20,000 nucleotides of DNA from an uncultured virus (IMG/VR IMGVR_UViG_3300028883_000045) (lineage: Duplodnaviria; Heunggongvirae; Uroviricota; Caudoviricetes), in IMG/VR virus record IMGVR_UViG_3300028883_000045; one strand, written 5' to 3'. A model generated the notes under the pieces. It saw nothing but the letters and a program-made list of their open reading frames with translations, had not been told where the DNA came from and searched no databases. Position numbers and translations under genes: made by a program. Below, in pieces: positions 7,712 through 14,357 of the stretch. The number at the start of each line of letters is the position of its first letter. Position 1 is the first letter of the stretch.

Positions 7712-8499
7712 GCTTCCACCCACAGTTCTCTCAGGAGCCTCTTGGCCACGTAACGGTGCGCCCGCTTGTGGGCGTGGCCGTTTGTGATCTCCGGGTTCTT
7801 TTCCTTCTCGTAGGCCTTGCGTTCATCGTACAAAGCCTTGTACTCCGGATTGCCGCATCGGAGAGCTCCGACGTCCACAATGCTGAATATCTCTGCCCGG
7901 CGGTGCTTGACGTTGGAGATTTCTGCCCACTCCTGGGCATCCGGGTTGTGGTTCCTCCAGCTCGGACAGGTGTACGTGGAGGGAGCCTGACCCTTGTGGA
8001 CGTGCAGGGCGAAACGCTTCCACAGCTTCCCGGGGTTGGAGTATCCCAGAAGATCGCCGGACTCTCCCACGATGCGGGCCAGGCCCATGGCGGTGAAACC
8101 TTTCTTGGACGCGAACCAGGAGTAGTAGGGAAGAGTCTTGGCCAGCGTTTCCATCCGGGATTCGATCCCTGCTCGATAGACGTCGTAGCCTATCCGGGCC
8201 TGCTGCGTTTGCTTTATGAAGGCTATCACGTCATCCGGGTTTGCCCGGAAGTCTTCGGGGAAGGGGGCCGGCTTGTTCTCCTCCACGGCCTTGATCACCT
8301 TCCCGGCGGCAACCCAGACCTTCTTGCGGCTTTTCTCGTCCATGGTGGTCTGGTAGCCGAAGAACCGGGCGACGAGAGCCTGACAGCCGTTGTTCATCTT
8401 GATCTGCATCTTGATGGAGCTCTTGCGCAGACTCTGAAGTTCTTTGAGAGTCTGAAAGACATCACTCGTTTGGAATTCAGCACCGCGTTGGTCTTTCAT
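7645..8499 (-). CDS. tasA: TIGR-associated Nop-domain protein without a nuclease domain (TasA-like; IS110 C-terminal-domain relative)
   Basis: 284 aa: N-terminal coiled coil, then KGFTAMGLARIVGESGDLLGYSNPGKLWKRFAL and YKALYDERKAYE...GHAHKRAHRYVAKRLLRELW (IS110 Transposase_20/Nop-like). No DEDD RuvC or HNH domain seen; flanked on both sides by dual-spacer arrays. Confidence 0.85.
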   Translation of the reverse strand: MKDQRGAEFQTSDVFQTLKELQSLRKSSIKMQIKMNNGCQALVARFFGYQTTMDEKSRKKVWVAAGKVIKAVEENKPAPFPEDFRANPDDVIAFIKQTQQARIGYDVYRAGIESRMETLAKTLPYYSWFASKKGFTAMGLARIVGESGDLLGYSNPGKLWKRFALHVHKGQAPSTYTCPSWRNHNPDAQEWAEISNVKHRRAEIFSIVDVGALRCGNPEYKALYDERKAYEKEKNPEITNGHAHKRAHRYVAKRLLRELWVEARKSQDYCEHQGIPARSSEAAS

Positions 8500-8522
8500 C
8501 GTTTTCTCCTTTCAAGGGTTGG

Positions 8523-8758
8523 TGGAGGGCATCGGTCCCTTGGGCTTCAGTGCGTCTCTGGCTCCTTCTCAAAATCAACGGGATGGGCACCGCAATGGTG
8601 GGTTTCAGCTAAGGAATGGCCCATCCCAAAACCTCCTATGCCGGAAAAGCTAAAGGGGGCACGGCCATTTTGGGCTTCAACGCAATTGTGGCTCCCTTCT
8701 CAAAATCAACGGGATGGGCACCTCAATGTTGGGTTTCACGGACTCTTCGGCCCATCCC
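8523..8758 (-). ncRNA. TIGR stem-loop array, upstream block, 4 units
   Basis: Units 8523-8568, 8580-8627, 8653-8698, 8711-8758; same architecture with loop repeat TGAA[G/A]CCCA, 9+9 nt spacers and U-rich linkers (GTTGATTTTGA). Confidence 0.9.
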
Positions 8759-8766
8759 AAAACCTC

Positions 8767-9276
8767 CTATGCCGGGGGAGCTGTCCGGGCCAGCTTGGTC
8801 TTGATCCGGTCCAGGACCCCTTCCAGCTTCTTGTCGGTGAATACCTGGTCCACCCGCTTCTTGCCTGCTTTCCGGCCCACCGCAGTATAGAAGTCCCGGT
8901 TGAGCTGCTGCCCCAGCATGTCCGTGTGAGCCTTTTTCGCCATTGCCAGCACTTCTTCGCCGGTCATGTCCCCGAACCGGCTGCCATTGACCACCATCTC
9001 CAGCAGGCTGTGTTTCTGGGATGCATCCCGGGCTTCCGAGGCGGCCGCAGCCGCCACGGCCAGCCCCCCGGTTCCCCTCCTGCAGAGAGTGGCCTTGCCT
9101 TTGGCCTGTCTTCGGATGCTCTGCCGGTACTTGTAGAGGACGGCAGAAGCCCCGTGCCACTTGATTTCTTTTATGGCGATGGGGTTGCCCGTGGCCTTCT
9201 TGAGGATGTGCTTCACGGCCTCCTCGGTGTCGGTGCAGAGCTCGCTGGCTTCTTGAACGATTTCGGACAGGGTCAC
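8767..9276 (-). CDS. Hypothetical helical protein immediately upstream of the TIGR array
   Basis: About 169 aa from GTG 9276 (AAAGGAGAAG RBS); its stop lies 8 nt before the first guide unit. Confidence 0.75.
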   Translation of the reverse strand: MTLSEIVQEASELCTDTEEAVKHILKKATGNPIAIKEIKWHGASAVLYKYRQSIRRQAKGKATLCRRGTGGLAVAAAAASEARDASQKHSLLEMVVNGSRFGDMTGEEVLAMAKKAHTDMLGQQLNRDFYTAVGRKAGKKRVDQVFTDKKLEGVLDRIKTKLARTAPPA

Positions 9277-9307
9277 TGCTGCTTCTCCTTTCTGAGCCAC
9301 GTGCGGC

Positions 9308-9547
9308 TCATGTCAACGCTTCCGGTAGCTGGCCCGCGAGAGCCAGCGGCTTTTCGAAGTGTTCCCTGACGCTCATCTTCTTGCGCCCCTTGCAGACCGG
9401 GCAAAGGCAGCGCGAGGGGTCCCAGCCCAGAGACCGCGCGTAATTGTCCATGTGCTCTCTCCGCCTGATGCCCGAGTCGCTGTAGGCGTAGCACCCGCAG
9501 CCGTTGCACTGCATGTGCCAGCTGTCGTTGCGCCAGAAGAGGCTCAT
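9308..9547 (-). CDS. Small zinc-finger protein
   Basis: CNGC...GW...LCPVC; ATGA overlap with the upstream stop. Confidence 0.65.
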   Translation of the reverse strand: MSLFWRNDSWHMQCNGCGCYAYSDSGIRRREHMDNYARSLGWDPSRCLCPVCKGRKKMSVREHFEKPLALAGQLPEALT

Positions 9548-9879
9548 GACGAATGCTTCTCCTCCCACAGCGCTCGGCACTTCGGGCACCGTGCATGCAG
9601 CAGCTTGCGCGCCGCCTCGACGTCCACCCGGGCGTTCAGGTGCTCGGGCGGCAGGTACGAGAAGTCGGGCTGCTCGATGGGCGTCTTGTGTCCCGCGAAC
9701 GTCGCGGCCAACTCGTCATGCCGGCGCTTGTAGGCCAGGGGTTCTATGGCGTTGCCGGCCACGCGGCCGGCGATACTGTGTCGCTTGCGCCAGTTGTGCT
9801 CGTGCTTGTGATACTCGTTGTGCTCGCCTGACCGGTGCTGCAGGCACATTTCATCCACCGGCTGCATCCACATTCGCAT
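9544..9879 (-). CDS. Pyrimidine-dimer DNA glycosylase / endonuclease V-like protein
   Basis: MRMW...MC.QH..GEH.E.H N-terminus and RHDEL...H.TP, plus C-terminal RCPKC; resembles the Pyr_excise family. Confidence 0.7.
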   Translation of the reverse strand: MRMWMQPVDEMCLQHRSGEHNEYHKHEHNWRKRHSIAGRVAGNAIEPLAYKRRHDELAATFAGHKTPIEQPDFSYLPPEHLNARVDVEAARKLLHARCPKCRALWEEKHSS

Positions 9880-10693
9880 GACGCGCGCCTCCCTTCTCGG
9901 CTTCTCGCAGGACCTTGCCGTGTACCCGTGCGTTGAACTGGGCCAGCAGGTCCTCCCGCTTGATCCAGATATGCATGGTCCCCTTCTTGAACCACCGGCA
10001 GCGGAGATATTCGTTCTCGCACTCCCAGCGCTTCTCCTTGATCGCCGTCTTGATCTGCGTCGGGAGGTCCTCCGGGTGGCGTGCCGGCCCCGCGCCGTCC
10101 AGCAGCTTGAAGACAGAGTGCAGGCTGCGCAGGTACTTCTCCGCGTCGTAGCGGATCCCGACCAGCCCCCACTTGATGCTGGACGCGTCGACCACCCACT
10201 CCTTGATGATCTTCGGGCCGATCTCGAAGGTGGCGTTCTTCCGGTTGGTCTTGTAGTCTGCCGACCACGTCCCCGGCCGCAGCCACTCGAGGACCTCCTT
10301 GCAGGCCTCGCGGAACATGTCCGGCAGCTCTTGCGTGAAGGACCGCAGCAATGCCGCCACGTTCTCCTCGGTGAAGTCCGGGATGTCTCCGGATTCGATC
10401 TGGTCCTCGATCCCCTTCCACCGGGTGGCGCTGCAGACCTCTTCGACCTGCGTGCGCCTGACGAGTTTCCGCCACGCGTCCTTGAGCGCTTCGGCCAGCG
10501 TTAACTCAAGGTTGAAGTCCAGGTGCTCCCGGTGCCCCGCGTACCTGTAGACCGGGAGACAGTCTGCACTGATCTCCGCGAGCATTTCGCGCAGCTTCTT
10601 GTAGCGCGCAACCGCGTCCTGGTACTGGGCGACCTGGTCTGCGATGGTTTCGGGAGTTGCCAGCTCTCTGCGGTCGCTGTCGTAATAGCCCAC
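9851..10693 (-). CDS. DUF4942 domain protein (stand-alone)
   Basis: PDFTEENV...YKTN...FEIGPKII...LLDG...ENEYLRCRWFKKGTMHIWIKREDLLAQFN typical of DUF4942; GGAGGACG RBS. Confidence 0.8.
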   Translation of the reverse strand: MGYYDSDRRELATPETIADQVAQYQDAVARYKKLREMLAEISADCLPVYRYAGHREHLDFNLELTLAEALKDAWRKLVRRTQVEEVCSATRWKGIEDQIESGDIPDFTEENVAALLRSFTQELPDMFREACKEVLEWLRPGTWSADYKTNRKNATFEIGPKIIKEWVVDASSIKWGLVGIRYDAEKYLRSLHSVFKLLDGAGPARHPEDLPTQIKTAIKEKRWECENEYLRCRWFKKGTMHIWIKREDLLAQFNARVHGKVLREAEKGGARHANVDAAGG

Positions 10694-10902
10694 TATTCGT
10701 CCTCCTCTCTCAGAATCTCGGTAAGCACGTTGATGAGTGCCTGCAGGCCGTCCCTGTCGTTTGTCCCGAAATCAATGCCCTCTCCGTCCGCGTTGGCAAA
10801 AGAGACCATGTAGTCGTCACCTGTGCGAGTGGCAGAGATCTTCATGCCGGATGGACTCTTCTCACGGACAATGCGCACGCGGCGCTTCGCGCTCTCAGAC
10901 AA
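10693..10902 (-). CDS. Hypothetical protein
   Basis: 69 aa, TTG start with AGGAGGT RBS. Confidence 0.65.
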   Translation of the reverse strand: MSESAKRRVRIVREKSPSGMKISATRTGDDYMVSFANADGEGIDFGTNDRDGLQALINVLTEILREEDE

Positions 10903-10911
10903 TGCGACCTC

Positions 10912-11502
10912 CTATTCCGGAAGGCTGCGTGCGAAGTTTTCGAACTCCGCGATGGCCCGCACGCGCCCCAGCCACTCGCAACGCGCGATGGCGTTCATCT
11001 TGTCGAACTTCATCCGCTCTCGCTCGTAGACGGCGAGCGCGGCCTCGTGTTCTCGTCGCGCCAGCTCCCGGGCATGGCCCCGCACTTCGATCCACTTCTT
11101 GCGGGCGAACTTTGTATTCAGGCGCTTGCGGGGGAACGCGCGCTTGAAGTCGCGCTTGAAGATCTCGCTGGCGTGCTTGTGCAGGAGCTCTTCGGTCAGT
11201 TCGGCGGGCTCGCTCAGGTGCCAGGGAACGCGGCGCTCGGGCTCGGGCGGGGGCTCCGCGCCTTCGGCGGCCTTTTGGATCGCCCTCCGGATGCTGGCCC
11301 AGGTGTGATCCCGCGCCCAGAACATGGCATTGTGAATTCCGCCGTGGAAGCGCGCCAGGTCTTCAGCCCCGACCACCGCGCGCAGCCCGGCCCAGTTCCG
11401 GTAGTAGGGTATGGCGTCCGGACAGTCGTCGGGTAAGGGGGTGAACGCTTCCCATGCCTGCAGAAAACGCGCGCCGGACTCGGTAAGGGTTGCAGTAGTC
11501 AA
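10912..11502 (-). CDS. Hypothetical protein
   Basis: 196 aa, TTG start with GGAGGACG RBS. Confidence 0.7.
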   Translation of the reverse strand: MTTATLTESGARFLQAWEAFTPLPDDCPDAIPYYRNWAGLRAVVGAEDLARFHGGIHNAMFWARDHTWASIRRAIQKAAEGAEPPPEPERRVPWHLSEPAELTEELLHKHASEIFKRDFKRAFPRKRLNTKFARKKWIEVRGHARELARREHEAALAVYERERMKFDKMNAIARCEWLGRVRAIAEFENFARSLPE

Positions 11503-11514
11503 GATTCGTCCTCC

Positions 11515-11868
11515 TCAGTCCAGTATCGGATGCGAAAACGGGCCCAGCTTCTTCGACCGCTTGAGCCCCCGGCCCTCCAGGTCCCGGAGGAACTCTTCGG
11601 CCGCCTCGATGTGCTCCTTCGTGAACTCCGCGCGCTGCTTTTCGTCCAGGTCCTGCATGGAGTAGAGCACCAGTCCGATTGCGACCGGGAGGTTGACATC
11701 AACCTTGTCCCGGATGTCTTCTTTCTCGCGCAGCACCTTCGTGATCTGCGCCTTGGTGAGCAGCTTGGTGTCGATCATGAAGTCGAAACAGGTGGCGCGC
11801 AGCACGATATCCGTCAGGACCTCGGTGCATTCGTGGTCGGCCACGTTGTCCAGGGCTTCGTTCGTCAC
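11515..11868 (-). CDS. Hypothetical protein
   Basis: 117 aa, GTGA overlap with the upstream stop, GAGGAAG RBS. Confidence 0.7.
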   Translation of the reverse strand: MTNEALDNVADHECTEVLTDIVLRATCFDFMIDTKLLTKAQITKVLREKEDIRDKVDVNLPVAIGLVLYSMQDLDEKQRAEFTKEHIEAAEEFLRDLEGRGLKRSKKLGPFSHPILD

Positions 11869-12173
11869 GATCTCTTCCTCCGTCGCCTCTCTTTTGCGCG
11901 GCGCTCGATTGCCGCGCGCTGTTTTCTGGAGGTTCTCGGCCCGGAGTTCAGCCGCACGTTGCGGCTGGCCGGGTCAAGCTCTCCGTTCTCGAGGATCCCG
12001 GTCTTCATGACCGGGTCCAGGTCCCGCAGTCGGCCGCGTTCCTCGGGCTTGGGTCCGTTGGCGTAGACGTATCGCTGCCACCCGTCCCGTGCGTGGCCGG
12101 TGTGCCTCTGCGGCGTGCGGCCCCAGGGGTCCGGACGCGCGGGCGGGAGCTTGGGCTTGACGTAAACCCTCAC
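11865..12173 (-). CDS. Hypothetical basic protein
   Basis: About 102 aa from GTG 12173 (overlaps upstream stop, GGAG RBS); Arg-rich C-terminus. Confidence 0.55.
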   Translation of the reverse strand: MRVYVKPKLPPARPDPWGRTPQRHTGHARDGWQRYVYANGPKPEERGRLRDLDPVMKTGILENGELDPASRNVRLNSGPRTSRKQRAAIERRAKERRRRKRS

Positions 12174-12337
12174 GTCAGGCTCCAGACGGCCAGCCCCAGG
12201 ACCAGAAGCCCGCAGGTCCACGCGCCGCACGCGTCGGCATGCGGCCAGGAGTCCCGCTCCCCGGTTCGGTAGAGTCTGGCGAGAATCGCGAATACGAGGA
12301 AGGTCCCGCACCACAGAATCAGCCGCCGTTCGAACAC
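12170..12337 (-). CDS. Small membrane protein with two hydrophobic segments
   Basis: 55 aa from GTG 12337 with AAGGAGGG RBS; LILWCGTFLVFAILA and AWTCGLLVLGLAVWSL. Confidence 0.6.
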   Translation of the reverse strand: MFERRLILWCGTFLVFAILARLYRTGERDSWPHADACGAWTCGLLVLGLAVWSLT

Positions 12338-12435
12338 TGATAGCCCTCCTTGAAAAGTTTTGCCTCGGTCGGCACAACCGGTCCAAATTTGAGAAAGCCG
12401 CGCCACGGGGCATCCACGGCCCGGCAATCGCGTAA

Positions 12436-12477
12436 CAGAATCGTAACGGGAACCCGGAGGACCCCGTTACGATTCTG
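12436..12477 (-). terminator. Strong hairpin after the AAA module (terminator or RNA processing site)
   Basis: Perfect 15-bp inverted repeat CAGAATCGTAACGGG (12436-12450)/CCCGTTACGATTCTG (12463-12477) 9 nt after the stop at 12487; U-tract is weak. Confidence 0.5.
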
Positions 12478-12486
12478 GAACGCCAG

Positions 12487-12738
12487 CTACTTGGGGATCG
12501 GTATGTCGTGCTCTTCCAGCCACTTGACCTCGGCGGCCAGGGCTTCAGCTCTCAGGGGATAGGGTCCCATCACGGAGGGCCCGCCCACGGGGGACAGGTC
12601 CACATTCCAGCCGCCGCCGGGCGCCGGCTCAACCCGGCTCGCGCGCGCAACCCGGGCCTCGCCCTCTTCCAGGAGGGGGGCGAGTTCGTCCTTGTAGATC
12701 GCTCGCAAGGTCCCGTTCGGGTCGATGATGATCTCCAC
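12487..12738 (-). CDS. Conserved small protein associated with DUF1257/DUF2997 operons
   Basis: IIIDPNG...IY...RASRVEP...W..DLSPVGGP..GP...R.EAL.AEV.WL. Confidence 0.75.
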   Translation of the reverse strand: MEIIIDPNGTLRAIYKDELAPLLEEGEARVARASRVEPAPGGGWNVDLSPVGGPSVMGPYPLRAEALAAEVKWLEEHDIPIPK

Positions 12739-12739
12739 C

Positions 12740-12931
12740 TTAACCCCCTCTCTGCTGCAGCCTTGTGTTCTGCGGGCGCTCTCTGTATTCGTTGGTATGC
12801 TTGCGCTCGGCGACCTTCCCGAGGGCTTCTTCGAGGTCTTTGGTCATGGCCTCGTAGCCCTTGCCCTTTACTCCATTGACCTTGATGGAGGTCGATCCGT
12901 CGGGCTCGATGGTGATTTCGATCTTGGGCAT
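12740..12931 (-). CDS. DUF2997 domain protein
   Basis: IEITIEPDG...V.GVKG..YE..TK.LEEALG.V......EY. Confidence 0.85.
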   Translation of the reverse strand: MPKIEITIEPDGSTSIKVNGVKGKGYEAMTKDLEEALGKVAERKHTNEYRERPQNTRLQQRGG

Positions 12932-12943
12932 ATGCGCTCCCTC

Positions 12944-13387
12944 CTACTTGGTGCAGGTCAGCTTGATCTGACCGGTCGCGGTGACCGACTTCTTGATCCG
13001 GTAGCCCTCGCGCTGGAGCTTCTTGAGCTTCTTGCGCGCGACCTGCTCGGCGTACCCCTGCACGAGGTGCTGGCCGCCCGGGCCCATGACGCCCTCCAGG
13101 CTCCGGCCGTGCGAGCCCCAGAAGTCGTAAAGCAGCTGGTAGCCGTCCTCGACGCGGACCACCCCGCACTCGTAGGCCAGCGGATCGCCGGCGACCGCCA
13201 GGGCGTGATCGCACTTGCCCATGTCCTCGGTCGTGAACCCCTCCGGGATCGGATAGTCGCCCACGTGACGGCCGTACCACCGGTACCGTTTCTGGTTGAG
13301 CCGGACCTCCATCCCGAGTTCTTGGGCCGCCCGAAAGAGGCAGTCCAGGTCTTTGATCTTGAGTTCGAGCGAGACAACGTGAGACAT
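12944..13387 (-). CDS. DUF1257 (Ycf35-like) protein
   Basis: MSHVVSLELKIKDLDCL..A..ELG...GY.L.YDFW...L.Q.YA...GY; next to DUF2997 and a Ycf46-type ATPase. Confidence 0.85.
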   Translation of the reverse strand: MSHVVSLELKIKDLDCLFRAAQELGMEVRLNQKRYRWYGRHVGDYPIPEGFTTEDMGKCDHALAVAGDPLAYECGVVRVEDGYQLLYDFWGSHGRSLEGVMGPGGQHLVQGYAEQVARKKLKKLQREGYRIKKSVTATGQIKLTCTK

Positions 13388-13401
13388 GGTCCACCCCTTT
13401 C

Positions 13402-14343
13402 CTAAAGGCTCATTCTGCGGGCACCGCGGCCGGCCATTCGGTCCGCGGCGGCCTGCATCGCGTCCGCGGCGCTCTGGGCGAGCTCATCCCGGAGAGGCTG
13501 CAGCCCGGCGACCAGTATCTCGCCCTGCTCTTTCTGCTGGTCGGTTTCGAAGTTCGCCGCCCGATCGATAACCTGGCGCATCTTGTTGATCGCCTCGGAG
13601 AGCTTCTTGTCCCCGAAGATGTTCAGGGACTCGATCTTGTCGCAGACTGACTTGGCACTGTTGTAAGTCTTCTGCGTGAGCTTGCCGCCCTTGGCGACCA
13701 GGGTCAGGACGTCGGTCATTTTCTCGTCGACCTCGGCCCGCAGCCGGTTGACCATGCTTTCGAGGCACTCTTCGACCGCGTTGGACTCCCCGTCGGCCAG
13801 CGTCCCGTCCTGCGGCGGGGAGATGCTGAACCACTTCCACCGCAGACTGAACTTCGAATGGGCCCCCGCCACGCTCGGGTACTGGGCCTCGATCCGCTGC
13901 ATGGCGCTGTTGACCGCGTCCGTGTTGCGCGCGGCTTGGGAGAGGGCTTCGCGGATCTTGACGAGCATCTCCTTCTTGTGGGCCTCGTACCCCTCGCAGA
14001 ATTTCTGGACCTCGGCGGAAAACTGACCGCTGAGCTTCTGCAGCTGCTTGTCGATCTGGTCCCTCTTGGCCTTGGGGATGTACCGCGAGCCCTGCACCAG
14101 GGGGAAGGGGATGGAGTTTTCGTCCAGGAGCTTGCGGGCCTCGTGCGCTACAGTGCGGATCGGCTTCAGGTAGTCCTTGGACACGAGTCGCTCGTGTCCG
14201 AACGTGAGGGCCGCGCGGATCGCTTCGCTCCGCGTGATGCCGAGATCTTCGGGCCGGGTCCTCGTGAGCCCGGCGAACTCGGAGATATCCAGGTCGCAGA
14301 GACTCCCCTGTGAGAACAGGTCTGCGAAAGTCAGTTTTGCCAT
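13402..14343 (-). CDS. DUF3150-like helical protein
   Basis: 313 aa; LDIS...EDLG...G..RL...AR..L...S.PF....RYIP...F...YE...YP......KF...LN.FGD..L; position in the module fits. Confidence 0.6.
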   Translation of the reverse strand: MAKLTFADLFSQGSLCDLDISEFAGLTRTRPEDLGITRSEAIRAALTFGHERLVSKDYLKPIRTVAHEARKLLDENSIPFPLVQGSRYIPKAKRDQIDKQLQKLSGQFSAEVQKFCEGYEAHKKEMLVKIREALSQAARNTDAVNSAMQRIEAQYPSVAGAHSKFSLRWKWFSISPPQDGTLADGESNAVEECLESMVNRLRAEVDEKMTDVLTLVAKGGKLTQKTYNSAKSVCDKIESLNIFGDKKLSEAINKMRQVIDRAANFETDQQKEQGEILVAGLQPLRDELAQSAADAMQAAADRMAGRGARRMSL

Positions 14344-14357
14344 TGTCTCGTCCTCCT

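Noticed and set aside
7645..8499. Ordinary IS110 transposase / insertion sequence
   Set aside because: No N-terminal DEDD RuvC domain or obvious catalytic serine loop, and the flanks are multi-unit dual-spacer arrays rather than IS ends with one bridge RNA.
7471..8758. CRISPR array
   Set aside because: Spacers are 9 nt and paired, repeats alternate, and no cas genes are present.
9273..9596. 107-aa alternative-frame ORF
   Set aside because: The overlapping frame 9308-9547 has a coherent zinc-finger motif and a coupled ATGA start.
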